A stretch of DNA of 64,000 nt from the human T2T-CHM13v2.0 reference genome, Homo sapiens. The translations under genes and the position numbers were made by a program. The stretch's first letter is position 1. Each line of letters opens with the position of its first letter. Location of the stretch: assembly GCF_009914755.1 (NCBI RefSeq), contig NC_060941.1. One strand, written 5' to 3'. A model generated the notes under the pieces. The model was not told the origin of the DNA and did no database searches. It saw only the letters and a list, made by a program, of their open reading frames with translations. Shown piece after piece: positions 45,667 through 63,570 of the stretch.

Positions 45667-48600
45667 TAAAAATGAGCAAATGATTTGAACAGATTTCACC
45701 AAAGAAGATCTATAGATGGCAAAGAAGCATATGCAAAAATGTTTAATACCGTTAGTCCTTAGAGATTTGCAAATTAAAACAAAAATGAGATCCCACTACC
45801 TGCTTATTAGATATCCCAAAATTTAAAATGCTGATCATACCTAGTCTTGGGGAAGGACATAGAGCAACTGGAGCTCTTGTACATTGCTTTTGGAAATAGA
45901 AAATTGTACAAATGTTTTGGAAAACTCCTTGCTAGTTTCTTAAAACATTAAACATGCACTTATCATATGATCTAGCCATTCCATTCCTAAATATTTAACC
46001 AAGAGAAATGAAGGCATTTGTCCATATAAGAACCGTACATGAAAGTTTAGTATCAGCTATATACACTTGTAGTAGTCAAGAAATGGAAATAACCCAATGT
46101 CCCTTAACAGGTAAATGGAGAAACGAATTGGTATTTATCTATAAAATGGAATACTACTCAGCAATAAATAGGAATGAGTTCTTGATAAATGCGATAATAT
46201 GGGTGGATCTCAAATAAGCAAAAGGAGCCAGAACAAATGAATACATACTGTACGGCTTCATTTTTATAATGTGCTAGAGGATGCTAACTAATCTGTGGTA
46301 ACTGAAAGCAAAAAGTGGTTTCCTGGATATCCAAATGGGGCAGGAAGAGAGATGGATTACAAAGGGGCATGATTTAACCTTTGGCAGTGATCACTACACT
46401 ATGTTCATTATCTTGATTGTGGTGATGATTTCATGGGTGTATACATATGTTAAAACTTGTAAATGGTGCACTTTAGATATGTCTAACTTAGTGTATGCAA
46501 TTAAACTATCAAAATATATTCTCAAGGATGGAAGTTTATACCCTCATTCTATATTCTGTTCAGCAGTGCTATTTTGAGATTATGTATACCAATTAATTTA
46601 GTAGGTCTTTTAAGTGGAAGTTACATAGTGTCTATCTGTTGCACCTGACTTGTTTCCAAGCCCATCATTATTTAATGAGAGAGCTAAATTCATGGCATTT
46701 TGATTTTGGACTAAACATTGAATATGTACATTACATAAGACTATATACTATAGCTACTAAATGGGTAATCTTTTGTCCTACATCTCTACATTCTATCATA
46801 AAAAAATTAGACACTTGTATCTTTGAATGTTTGAGTTGGTGTTTTGCTTCAGACTCTTCAAATACAGACTTTAATCCCAATCTCTTTCTTTATTTTAAAT
46901 TAAAATTCACAGGTTCTGGTTGGGTGGGCTGTATACATTCAATCTGCCCTCTTATTCCATGGACGTCCTGCTTGGACATTATATTTTGAAATCTGTATTA
47001 CAAAGTCTTTTATCCTTTTATTAGTTTAGTACTTTAAACCTTAGACATAAAAAAGAAGACTATCAGTGAAAATCAATTGAAATGTAGTTAGATAAAGATC
47101 TGATGTACAAGCAGAAGGCTTAGTTGCAGCACAATATAATCAATTAGGACTCTCCAGCTGCATACAGAGTTTTACCCATCCAATCACTTTTCACACGTTT
47201 CTTCCATTAGCTTGACTAGAGTTATTCTTCTTTTTTTAATGTGAATTATGATGAATGAGATTGTTGTTATGAATATAGAGATGGGTCATTATCCTACAGA
47301 AACCAGATTGTGCTGGTGTTTAGTGATTAGGGCTATCTGCTTCTGCTATCAATAAAGTACAGATTTATCTGTCTCAAATTATGATTGGGAAGCCAGTAGT
47401 CATTGTTATCTAATTCATTTAACAATGTTACAATACAAATGTATAATATAAAATTGTTTTTGTTCAGCTGGGTAATTGACATAACTTTTAAGTTGTGAGG
47501 GTAAAGGAATATAATTTATCAAATAGAGGTGGGAAATTTTTCATGGCTTAAAATCAAATAAATATTCCTCAGGAATTAGTACCCCCAAATTTAACACCCT
47601 GGGTGTAGCCTTTAAGATGTCAAAATGTGGAAAGAACAAATGAAGTTTACGTACCCTATATGAAGACGCTGGAGCTTTGCAAAGTAATGAGCATCGGTTT
47701 ATTACAGAAGTTCTGTAATTAATTATTACAGTCTAAAAAATGATACGATGTTTTCCTGGGCTTGGGTTGAGGAATTCAGGAGGTGGGAAGGAGTTATTGG
47801 ATCTAGTTTAATGCACCAAGTGACTGGAAATGGCATTGCTAGGTAAATTGGGCCGTCAGCCTAACATTAGCATTTTTTATTAAAAAAAAATACTCAATCC
47901 TTAGAAAACTTACACCCAGGTAGATTAGTAGAGAAGGTCTTGCTAGAAACAGCTATTTAATTTTAATCAAACTTGTTTTTCTTTGCCCTTAAAATTGAAT
48001 TTTTGTTTTTGTTCTTATTTTAAGTTTTTCCTATTCCAGACTCCTATTGTCAAAGAAAAAGCCTTTTTTTTTTTTTTTTTTAATCTACAATACAGTACCT
48101 TTCAATACTTGGCCCTCACAGATGTCAGTGCATGGATAGAAAAATTTCATTGTCTGCAGTCATGGATAATTTTAGCGTCATGTGGAAAAGTAAGAACTGT
48201 TGCCTGACTATATTGGACACCAAAGAAAGCCCCAGTAGACAGGCTATTCTTGGAGCTTGCAGGCCTGCCTTTGAGGCCCATTGATGAAAAGACCTTTGTG
48301 TTTTGTGCCATGAGGTGGGGGAGGAGTAGTGTTCAGTACTAGAAGAGTTAATAAACACCAAGAGCTGTGCTCATCTTGTAGCTTTACTAAGGCTTAATCT
48401 GTAAGCTTGATTACCTCCTAACCCTCTATCTCTTGCCTCTCCCTTCAAGCACTGCAGGGGCTTTATGGTGGTATTAGTGGCATTTTGCCCAACATTGGCT
48501 TTAGGGAAATCATTCTATAAGAAAGAAAAGCAGAAAGACCGAATCTGTCTGCTGTGTGTGGTCATTAACACAAGGATAACCTTATGAACTCCAGAGAGAG

Positions 48601-49727
48601 GAGGGGATGTCTGTCCTTACTAGAAAACTACTGGTAAAATATCACTGTTTTTCTCTCTCTCTCTCTTTTTTTTTTTTTTTTTTTGGCAGCCCAATTTGTT
48701 ATAGGCCTAGTGGCATCATCTAGAAGCACTCACTTGAGACACTTTCAGCAGGATATTCAGTCGTTTATAATGGAGAGTCCTTTGTATTCTCTGAGCTGTT
48801 TCATAAAAATATATCTGCAAGCTGTAGCGACCTGGGACTTTTTGTTAGAGACACATACACAGAGTTTCTATGTAATTAATTCCTGGTATTGAGATATTTT
48901 GGAGTCCGAGACCAGATTGAGTGCACCATTTTGCCAAACATCATTAAGTCATTAGTGTAAGGGACTTGTTATGAAGGACCGATTAAAAGCTCAGAGAAGC
49001 TGTCGTACATTTTTATATTAATCCCAAGAGCTTTCTAATATTCTTTTCTCATTCTAATGAGAAGTCTCAGATAATGATGTATTATTTCACTTAAAAAAAT
49101 CTTGGAAGATAAACCAAGACAGGAAAATGATTATGGCCACAGATAAGAGATTAAACTATTCAGCCAACAAGCTGTAATAAATAAACTCTAAGCCAATGTA
49201 CTGTTAAACTGGGAGCCACTGGGTAGAAATAATTTGGCTAAAATTCTGGCCCAGTGTTGTCAGAGGATATGAAAGAAATAATGAAAATTCTCCCTTGCCT
49301 CAGGGTAAGTAGTAGACTGCACATCCAGACTTGACCGTCAGGTCACCTGAAGGACAGGTTCCCTACAAATATGAGGAAACAACTCAGAGGACCCAATAGC
49401 AAATGAGGCACTTAGATAGCATGTGATGGCAGAAGCTTGCTACCTGTCTGAGGAGCATCAGTCCCATGCTTCGTGTCTGCACAGTAGAACATAAAGCAGC
49501 AGCTTAGATGGCATATGGCACTATCTGCAGTAGGCTTTGTGCTGTAGGCACAGAATAAAGTTATCCTAGCCATGTAGCACTTGAAATGAGGGGGAAATAA
49601 GACAACCATGTAGAGCCTGAGAATAGAATATAAGCTTCATGAGGACAGGGTCTTATCTTTTGTCATTGCATCCCTAGTTAGAATAGTCCCTGATGGATTA
49701 TAGCAGTTTGATTTAAAAAGGATCTAA

Positions 49728-50005
<278 letters not shown>

Positions 50006-50619
50006 CAGTTTAATTAATTAATTGGTATGACTGGTGAGGAACAAGATGATTCGTTCCTTGCCTAAGCCCATGCTTACATGCTAAGGCCTGAAACTGTGAA
50101 GACCTACTGGTAGTGGTTAAATGTAGGATTTTAATCAGATCAGAGCAAAGTATGGAGTTGCCATGAAATAATTCTGATAGCCACTCAGAGAACTGAGAAG
50201 TGATTTATTGCTGGAGGTGATATTATCTTTGAACCTTTGCTTGACCATTTATGGACCAATACACCCAGAAACAGTCTTTTGTGTAGTAACCCAGCCAAAG
50301 AGCTTGACTATTTTAATCATTTCCCTTTGATAGTCTGGTCATTTCTTTTGTCTTTTGAAGAAAATATCCACTAATTGGTGTTTCTTTCTGAGTTGCCAAA
50401 TGCTGAGAAAGCAGACAGTAATTGATGTAGTGAAGATATTTTGCTTCTGTTACTCTGATCATCTACATATAGAGATACACTGGATGATAAGAGTCAACTC
50501 TAAAATCAAAATAAATAGAAGCTCCACCATGATTTTTTTCATTGTCTGCTGTAACTAAGTTTGCCTTTATTCTTGAGTTGAAGTACATGATATGACAGCA
50601 GAGGTTGGAAACTTTTTAG

Positions 50620-50965
<346 letters not shown>

Positions 50966-51129
50966 CATTGCTTTATGCTTGAGATTAAAAATGCTGTCTC
51001 ATAGTATCCAGATATTCTAAATTTTGTGAAAGCATCCCACCATTTTTGAGAGGCATCTAAACCATTTTTAGCTAGTTGTTTATTAACGGTAGTGGAAGAG
51101 TGTGGACTATGAGTTTGTGATAACGGTTT

Positions 51130-51620
51130 TTTTTAACTTCTTATTTTGAAAAATTTTAAACATAGGCAGAAGGAGAAAGAATAGCTTAAAAAAACCCCAC
51201 TAGCCATCACCCATCTTCAATAATTATCAATAAATAACCAAGCTTGTCTTATCCTTATCTCCCTAATCCTACTCTTTGCTGGTTATTTTTATTTTAACAG
51301 CCTTATTTAGGTATAATTTACATACAATACAATTCATCCATGGTAAGTATACAATTTAATGATTTCTTAGTAAATTTACAGAGTTATGCATCCAACACCA
51401 CAACGGAGTTTTAGAATATTCCTATTACCCTGTGTTCCCATATGCTCCTTAATAGGAGCTCACACTCCCCAACCCTACGCAGTCATTGATCTAATTTCTG
51501 TCTCTATGTATTTGTCATTCTGGACATGTCATGTAAATGGAAACATACAATACGTAGTCTTTTGAGGCTGGCTTGCTGGCCTAATGTTTTTGAGACTCAT
51601 CCATGTTGTCGAATGTAGAG
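51130..51620 (-). mobile_element. Old L1 (L1MB/ME-like) 3' end
   Basis: 'ggtataatttacatacaatac...agagttatgcatcc...tctggacatgtcatgtaaatggaaacatacaatacgtagtc'. Confidence 0.75.
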
Positions 51621-52299
51621 TGTTGTGGACTATGTCAGCACTTTGTTCTTGTGGCCGTGGGCCCCTTTTCACTGAGCCTTCTTTGCCTTTATCTTCACTT
51701 GAATTTGTGGGCTATGTGCTGAATGACTTCCCTGTTACTTTCAGTGTTGTTTTAGAGGAAAACACAGTTGTTGTTTTGTCTTTGTTTTAATGAACTGATA
51801 TCTCCTGTGTGTCCATGCTGATTCTTAAGTTGTTTAAGGAAATATTTCCTTAATAGAAGAACCTTCTTTCAGGATCCTCCTATTCTTCCTCCCAATATTG
51901 AAAATCATTTTTTAAAATTTGCCATTAAACAAATTTTTTTGTTTTTCCTGAAGAAACTCCCCTTCATTTAAAAATCTATAGTTTCTTGCTTTTAGAAAAG
52001 AAAACATTACTTTAAAATTTGCCATTTTGTTTGTCAGTTACCAAATTGTCCACTCTGGGAAAATTCGATGTGAAAAGCTCATAAGAACAAAAGCATGATC
52101 TTAAGTATGGTTTTTAGACAAACATGTTTTGAACTCCATGTTGTCTCAAATTAGAAATTTTCCCTTATCTCCGTAGTTCAAAATATATTTTTATTTAATT
52201 ATATTCAATGTAATATATTTTTATTTAAACTATATTTTAATTCATATGATGTCTCAAGCTAAGCATTGTACAAAGGACTCATAAACATATGTTTGTTAT

Positions 52300-53032
52300 A
52301 TTTTTCTACATGATGTTTGTTAAGATGTTTAAAATGTCCCCTAAGCATGGTGCTAAAGTGCTATGTATCTGTTGTTCCTAAGCTTTATTTAGGTAAATGT
52401 TATAGTGCAGTTTGCTGTGAGTTTAATGTTAGTGAATCTACAATATGGTATGTCCAGAAAAAGAAAGAGGGAGTTCACCAACCTGTACAAAGCTTCTTGG
52501 GAAAATGCTAGGGTAGTACCTATAGTGCCTGATTGAAACTATGGAAAAGATAGAAAGGTGGCTAAATTTGTGAATTTATGAGAAAATGACTGATACAATT
52601 GTTGATAGGCTGAAAGCCAAAGAAATTTACATTACCCAGGGTCAGGAAAATGTTATGCCCTTCTCAGCTAGTGCTGGCTGGTTTGAACATTTCAAAAGGC
52701 AATATGTTGTGAAGAATATTAAACTTTCAGGCAAGGTATGGTCTGCAAATGCAGAAGAATTTTTAAAGTACCAGCTTAAGTGTTACACAGGAAAAGGGTT
52801 ATGTGGAAAAGCCGGTTTTCAACACTGTTGAGACTGGCTTGTTTTCAATTGAGGAGACATTGGCAAATGAACCAATGTTACATATTAATAAATGACATTT
52901 TAGTTGATGGAAAATGTCGTGACCAGGGTCTTGCAGGAACCTAACCCTGTTTTTCCCAGAGAAAATTTCAGTATTCACTAATTCAGTGTTCATAGTGACT
53001 TCCTAAGTACCTTGAATAATGAGAATAGATTG
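52300..53032 (+). mobile_element. TcMar-Tigger relic with degenerate transposase (CENP-B HTH region)
   Basis: ORF 52586-52831 'KAKEIY...FSASAGWFEHFKRQY' and downstream ETGLF motif are pogo/Tigger-like; Tigger-type end 'gaataatgagaatagattg'. Confidence 0.8.
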
Positions 53033-53039
53033 TCATTGA

Positions 53040-53910
53040 TAAAGTAATTGTGTGCAAAATATGTAGAGAACTCTTATAACTCAATAATGAGGAAAAAAAC
53101 TCAAAAAGTGGGCATTTGGACAAACACCACAGAAGATTTTTAAATGACAAAAAAAAAGACATGAAGAGTTGCTCTGTCATTAGTCATTGGGGAAATGATA
53201 CTGTGTACAACTAGAATGGCTGAAATTAAAAGACTGACAATACCAAGAGCTGGTGAGGATGTGAAGAAACTGTAGAACTCTTACACTGTACATTGTTTTG
53301 GGGAATGCAAAATGGTATGTCCACTTTTTAAAATAGTTTGGTGGTTTCTTATAAAGTTAAATATACACTTGCCATCTAATCTAATCATTCTATTAATAGG
53401 AATTTACTCAAGAGAATGAAAATCAGTGTTTATAAAAAAAGATTGTATGTGAATGTTCATTGCAGCTTCATTTGCAATAGCCAAAAACTAAAAGCAAACC
53501 AAATGTTCATCAACTGGCGAAGGGACAGACAAATCATGTTACCTCCCTACTTAGCAATAAAAAGAAGGAAGTACGTAGCAACACAGATGAATTTCAAAGC
53601 ATTGTGCTAAGTGAAAAAAGACAGACATAAAAGAATATATCATCTGTGATTCTATTTATATGAAGTTCTAGAAAAAGCAGAACTATAGAGGTAGAATGCA
53701 GATCAGTGATTTCCAGGGGCCAGGAGTTGGGGGAAAGGAATTGACTCTGAAGAGGGATAAGGGGACTTTTTGGAGTGATGGAAATATTCTATATCTTGAT
53801 TATAGTGCTGATTACATACTATATGCATTAAAAAAAAAACCTTTATCAGTCTCAACACTTAAAATGGGTGAGTTTAATTAAGGGTAAATTAAAGCCCTTA
53901 CAAAGCTGGT
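53040..53910 (+). mobile_element. Old L1 (L1MC/ME-like) 3' end
   Basis: 'gacaataccaagagctggtgaggatgtgaag...gtgatggaaatattctatatcttgatt'. Confidence 0.8.
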
Positions 53911-54945
53911 TAAAACAACAGTGACAGAAACTCTTTACCAAAACCTGTAAGGCTTTGGTTGACTTGCCAGAATCAACTTGCCAATGCAAACCAAGACTTT
54001 GTTACCAGGGACATTCAAGATAGACCCTTCACTGAGAGATTTTAAGAACTCACTCAAAATAAATAATAAAATTGTACCTACTTTTCCAACTTAAAAAAAA
54101 TAAAAATTTTATTTGAATGTATAAGCCTCTACTTCAGCCAAAGCTCCTGTTAGGTTTGGGCTATCTCCATATACAGTAGTAATAATTAAAATTTTTCTTT
54201 CTTCAAATGGCTACTAGTCTAATGGTTTAAATACTTACCCATATTCTACTATATTGTCTTCCATGACCATACCGTGACCTCTCAAAACAAAAGTTAGAGA
54301 TCGGAAGTAACCAACTGACAATTACAGTGGTTGATACACTCCAGTTTAAATAGAAGGGTCCTTGGTTAAAATATGGTTCATTCATCGGTCAAACTGTCCT
54401 TATTTCCTTTAATTGAATTAAGATGGACAAATGAGAGATGTGTGCAAGACAGAAAAAAAAATCCTTTCACAAATCACTGTTATCCTCTCTCTGAGTGTAA
54501 AACGAATCAATTAAAAGCATGTCAAAGCATCTTTTACTGTTGAACAACTTTAATGCAGAAGACATTTATTAAAAAATTTGAGTGAGAAATCGGTTACCTT
54601 ATACAGTTAAACATAGTTTAATGTTATCTCTGAGAATTGTGGATTATTTTATATACTCATGTTTGGCTAAAAATTATAACTTTGTGCTAAGAAAGCCTTC
54701 ATTTTTCCTCTTATCCTCAAGTTGAAAATACTGACTAAGAAAATACAAAATATAAGAAAATACACAATTCACACTTGTATACACAGAATTTAGTTTCATC
54801 CATACATTTACTAAATAGTTCCTTAGGAGAGATGTAACATTAGGATGGAGGGTGAAATATAATTTTTATTTTTTTGCCTAATAGCCAATTGCTTTGAAAA
54901 ATGTAGTCCATCTTCTCTTTCTAGTGCCTTGAATTGCTATTTAAC

Positions 54946-55268
54946 ATACGATAGCTTATTTATATATTCATACACATTCTATAAAATCATTTTTAACCCG
55001 TATGTTAAGGTTGTCTTTGATATGATAGCTTATTTATATATTCATACACATTCTATAAAACCATTTTTAACCCATATGTTAAGGTTGTCTTTATTACAGT
55101 TAGTTATCCATCCCTATATCTTAGCTGTTTTCACTAGTATATACGTATAAATGTATACTGCTTAACGAAAACATTTTTAACCTGTGTGTTGATTTTATTA
55201 CAATTATCTATCCTTTTATCTTAGCTCTGTTTTCAGTGGTATACACATGTCAATTTATGCTGCGTAAC
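54946..55268 (+). repeat. Overlapping tandem duplications (74-bp unit x2; older ~100-bp unit x2)
   Basis: 54946-55019 vs 55020-55092 near-identical; 55062-55166 vs 55172-55268 diverged. Confidence 0.9.
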
Positions 55269-55346
55269 TCAGAGCCTGCTTCCACTTTTTCATACTTGAA
55301 TATGTTTTTTCCTGCTTTCTAAATATGGTCATAAATATGCTCATAA

Positions 55347-55803
<457 letters not shown>

Positions 55804-57623
55804 AACAGTTTCTTTATTCTTCCAGAAATGTTTTATGCAGTACACATTTGAGTAGGGGAAAAAAATGAAGTAACCCTTATTTATTCAAAATTTCAAGAGT
55901 ATTAAAGTACCATTGGTTTCTACATGTTATTTTTATTGAGTCAACTTGCCAACACAAACCAACATAAACCAAGACTGTAAGTGTTATCAAGGACATCAAG
56001 ATAGACCCTTCACTAAGAGATTTTAAGAACTCACTCAAAATACTCTCAGCATGAGGCTTTTAGAGTTTCCTATCTTTGGACTTTATGTTGCTGACATGTG
56101 TTCTCAGCTAGATTTCTGGTATGTCTGTGAAACTCCTTTCTTATCATTCGTCTTTTAGTCGTGGACAAAGCCAGTAAAAGAGAGCATGGATATGAGTTAT
56201 TGAGTAGCACTGATGACCAACAGAGTTACCCATGTTGCTTTTCCCTTAGTTTATAGTCTATACTTAAAAGTTTTTCCTTCTAAAACACCTAGAGCTGAGA
56301 ATGACAGTTTTACCCCCTTACCTTCATAATAAATAAATAGAATTTTAAAACACAGAACAGAAAGCTAGATTCCAGAAAAATGTTGGCAACCATGTATAGG
56401 GTTATTTATTGATGACTTTGCTCATTGGCAGTATAAAGGGCGTGTCACTCGTCATTAGCAGTAACAATTTCACCACGTTATGTTCTCTTTTTATTTTCTC
56501 TGGTGGCAACATGTGTCTGAACAGGGCCACTGGCTGTGGGTCAAGAGGTCAGTCTTTGAGGTTAAGAGTGGATGGGGTCATTTGCTATTAACCTAAGATT
56601 AGCAGCTAAGGTTTTTTTTTTCTTTCTTTCTTTTTTTCGTTTTAACAGATTTCCTCCATTTGTATAACATGCCAAATTAATCTTGCCCAATTTTAGAAGA
56701 ATTTCTCCTTTCCAATCTGCATTTTATTTGCTTAGATTTATCATTAAGGTATTTTTTTTCTATTCAGATTTCTTTCTAGCCCCCATCCTAGTCCTCAAAA
56801 CAATGTTAACTTTTTCTAAAATTTAAAAATGTTCCTGTCTTTAACATTCATCTTCCAGTGTACAAATGCAGCTAATATTTTCTCTGCTCTTGAACTTTTG
56901 AGGGAAAAACAAATACATGGCAGAATTGTAGGATTTCAGGGATGTCTTCACCCCTAAAACAATCTCTCCTTGCTATTCTCGCTATTGAACAGTCTCCAAC
57001 TCTTAAACTAGCAAGTTTTGTTGTTGTTTAACTTTAAGGATCTATTGAGTTGGTACCCTGATACCTGAAACCTCCTACTTCTCTTTTCTCTTCAGCCAAA
57101 AGTATTACCTATTATGATGTAGTTTCATCAGTCATCTTTGAAATGTAAAGAGAGTGCTTGTATAATAAGAAGTGTGTTCTCCATGGAATTTTTCAACAAG
57201 AGAGTTCCCACTCGATTCCTAGTTTATATTCTGGTATGGACCACAAGTCTGGGAGGCAAGTGGATTTTAGGTGTTTTATATCAAAGTTGTTTATCTTAAA
57301 TCTTGGCTCATTTGATTACTAGGATATTTTACTTACCTTTAAACAACTTTGTTGTTATTGGTGATTCTCTTTCTTTTTCTCTAAACCTTAGCAGTAGGTC
57401 TTAGCTTGTGCTAAGCATATAGAGTCCACTGTGGATGCAAGTACAAGCGAGGAGAGGTCCTTCAGGCAACTGCTCAGAGTGCTGTGTCGAGCTTAATGGG
57501 TATAAAGGAGAAGAAAGTAAAGTGTATACATACAAATTTTAAATATGTTAAACCTATGATAAGATACAGATTAAAAATCAACTGGATTTCAAATCATATT
57601 ATTCAGTAAAGAATGGCATACTT

Positions 57624-57976
<353 letters not shown>

Positions 57977-57999
57977 TTATGTGCTTAGAGTTGAGGAAG

Positions 58000-59030
58000 G
58001 TGGAGAATATTTAAGGAAAGCTTTCTGTAGAAGTACACCTGGGAGAAGTGTAATAGCAATCTAGGTAGAGAAGATAAGCATAAGTGAAGGCACAGTAGCA
58101 AGAGAAGCCATGGTATATTCAAAGAGCTCATAAGGAGGTTGACCTTGCCATCATATAAAGTCCTAGCAGGCAAGTCATAAGATATTAATCCAGAGCAGTG
58201 TGTATTTTAGTTAAGGAACTTGGACTTATATCCTATAAGGATGGAGAAGGGTCTTAGGCAGAAGAGGAGTGACAGCGTCAGACTTGCATTTTAAATGTAA
58301 TTTGGGAGCTGTAGAGAGAGCAGATTTGAAGAAAGATTTAAAATGAAGTCAGGGAGACCACTTAAACTGTTGACCTGACACCTAGGGCAGGGGTAAATGG
58401 AATCGAAAGGAGAAGAATGGAGAGGAATAGAAAGTTGAAAAATAGCTACAAGTAAAAATTGTCAGGCATGGTGACTGGATATCAGTCATGAGGAGAAGGG
58501 GGAAGAGTTTAATATAAATCCCAGGTTTCTGTCTATGCTAATTAAGTGGAAGAGAGAATGTAAGAGAAGCGGTTTAAAGAGGAGCTCAATCCTTTTAGGA
58601 ATTTGACCTTGATGCACCTATGAGATGACAAAAGGCAGGTCAGCTGGCCCTGAGTAAAAATGTGGGAGTTATCAACATATAGCTATGGAAGGTGAAAGGG
58701 AAAGTATGCAGAGTGAGAAAAATCGTGGGTCTAAGGACATGCCCTGAAAATCAGCAAAATATTACAGACTAGCATAGGATAATTTGTACAGAATTAACTG
58801 TCAAAGAAGCAAGAAGAACCTAAAAAGTGCAGTGCCAACAGGAGTCATAGGGGAGTGAGCTTCAATCAGCAGTGTCATTCCTTATAGAATAGTATAGTGG
58901 TTCTCAATGATGAGGACAGAAGTAGTCATTGCTTTATAACAGTAAGCAATTATCAGAGGCAAGAGCAGTTTGAGTAGAGCAGGAAAGAGGAAAGCCACAT
59001 TACCACGAATTATAGAATGAATAGAAATGA
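58000..59030. mobile_element. L2 relic
   Basis: Purine-rich L2-like 'aggaacttggacttatatcct...agacttgcattttaaa...atcccaggtttctg'. Confidence 0.55.
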
Positions 59031-59037
59031 CTAGCTT

Positions 59038-60070
<1,033 letters not shown>

Positions 60071-60288
60071 GCCATAAAGTAATACTTTAATATGAATAAA
60101 GACAAATTAGAAAGTGAGCAAGTAGGAGATAAATTCACTCAGGTGATAGGACAATAATAAAACAATTAAAAAATTTAAGATCCTCAAAAGGACAAAGTAA
60201 TAACTTTACAAAACAAGAAATTATATAGCAAAAGCTTGTAGAAACGACGCAAGATAAGAACAAGTGGATATGAAAAATAATGACTTAA

Positions 60289-60610
<322 letters not shown>

Positions 60611-60762
60611 TTACTTCAAAATATCAGCAGTAAAATAATAGACATTGAAATGTAACTCAGTAACAATTTTAGACTGTATATTTGAACAGTAGTTCACTCA
60701 GAAAGAAGCACATAGGTAGAAAAATGTGAAAGATTAGTTAGTTGAGAAACATACAGTTTAGA

Positions 60763-61045
60763 GTCCGGGCATGGAGGCTCACACCTGTAATCCCAGCACT
60801 TTGGGAGGCCGAGGCGGGTGGATCACCTGAGGTCAGGAGTTTGACACCAGCCTGGCCAAAATGGTGAAACCCTATCTCTACTAAAACTTACAAAAATTAG
60901 CTGGGCGTGGTGGTGGGTGCCTGTAATCCCAGCTACTCAGGAGGCTGAGGCATGAGAATCACTTGAACCCAGGAGGCAGAAGTTGCAGTGAGCCGAGATT
61001 GCACCACTGCACTCCAGCCTGGGCGACAGAGCAAGGCTCTGTTAC

Positions 61046-61078
<33 letters not shown>
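60763..61078 (+). mobile_element. AluS
   Basis: TSD gaaacata(c/g)agtttaga; long pure A tail. Confidence 0.94.
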
Positions 61079-61080
<2 letters not shown>

Positions 61081-61794
61081 AACATAGAGTTTAGAAACGT
61101 CAACATTTATATAATAAGAGTTCCAAAATAATATGATAGGGAGAAGCAATGTTCACATAATAACTACCAAGAATCTTCCAGAATTGTAGACCTCAGATTG
61201 AAAGTATAACTTGAGTGTTGAGCAGAGTAAATAAAAATAAATTTGTATCTATGTACGTTGTAGTGTAATTGAAGACCATTGATTTTTAAAAGGCTAGCTG
61301 AGAGAAAAGACATCTTTTCTACATAAATGTGAAAATTAGGTTGATGATAGACTTGTAATTTGGTGACAATAGATGCCAGAAGGCAATGGAGTAATATACC
61401 AGAGTGCTGAGCTGATAAAAAAGATATTATTTTTAATTTTACAGTTCTATACCCAGCTAAAATTCAATACTTTTACACAGTGGCAGTTTACCACTGTCAT
61501 GCTTTTGTTGAAAAAGAAAATCCTTTAAAAATGTGCTTCACCAACAAAATATAAATGTAGAGGTAGGAGTGATATGTAAGATTCAGAATTATGATGGTAG
61601 TTAACTTTGAATTTTATAATGATAATAGAATAGCAATACCTTTCATATTATAATTTACTTACATGGAATGAAAACCTCAGACAGTAATGACAAGAATGAT
61701 GTGGAGTTGTTCGCTGGCAATTAAAGCATATTCAAGACAAATATTGAGATACTGAGTAGCCCAGAAAAAACTATGGTATAAAAATTTAAGGACA

Positions 61795-62102
61795 CTGCGG
61801 GGCACTGTGGCTCATGCCTATAATCCCAGCACTTTGGGAGGTTGAGGCAGGCGGATCACCTGAGCTCAGGAATTCAAGACCACGCTGGCCAACGTGGCAA
61901 AACCCCTTCTCTACTAAAAATACAAAAATTAGCTGGGTGTGGTGGCACATGCCTGTAATCCCAGCTAGTCAGGAGGCTGAGGCAAGAGAATCACTTGAAC
62001 CCAGAAGGTAGAGGTTGCAGTGAGCCGAGATCATGGCACTGCACTCCAGCCTGGGTGACAGAGGGAGACTTTGTTTCAAAAACAATAAATAAATAAATAA
62101 AA
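61795..62102 (+). mobile_element. AluS
   Basis: TSD aaaaatttaaggaca. Confidence 0.93.
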
Positions 62103-62263
62103 ATTTAAGGACAAACCATAATAGAAATATAATCTATAGCTTCCAAACATATAGAGAAAAAATTACTATAGAAAACTGTCAGTGCAATACAAGGCGGGAA
62201 AGAACAGATCATACAAAATAAGATAGTAGAAATAAGCCCCAATATGTCAATAATCAAACTTCA

Positions 62264-62618
<355 letters not shown>

Positions 62619-62632
62619 TCATATTCTGCTTA

Positions 62633-63019
<387 letters not shown>

Positions 63020-63269
63020 TTAAGTCAGATTCTGCTGTAAGCAACAAATGGCTTCATTCTTTCCTCACTATTACAAATGCGAGACAGAGAAAGAAAACAT
63101 GGCCTTGTAATGTCACAGACTTTGTCATTGGTTAACCCGAGTTCAGAGAGGCTTCCAAATCACATCAGTTAATTCCCCCAGCAAGTGAAAGCTGACTGAA
63201 ATTATGAGCTGCCTTTAAAGCAATTCTAGCCCTCAAGCTTGTGAGGAGTCATAAAGATATACTAACTAA

Positions 63270-63570
<301 letters not shown>

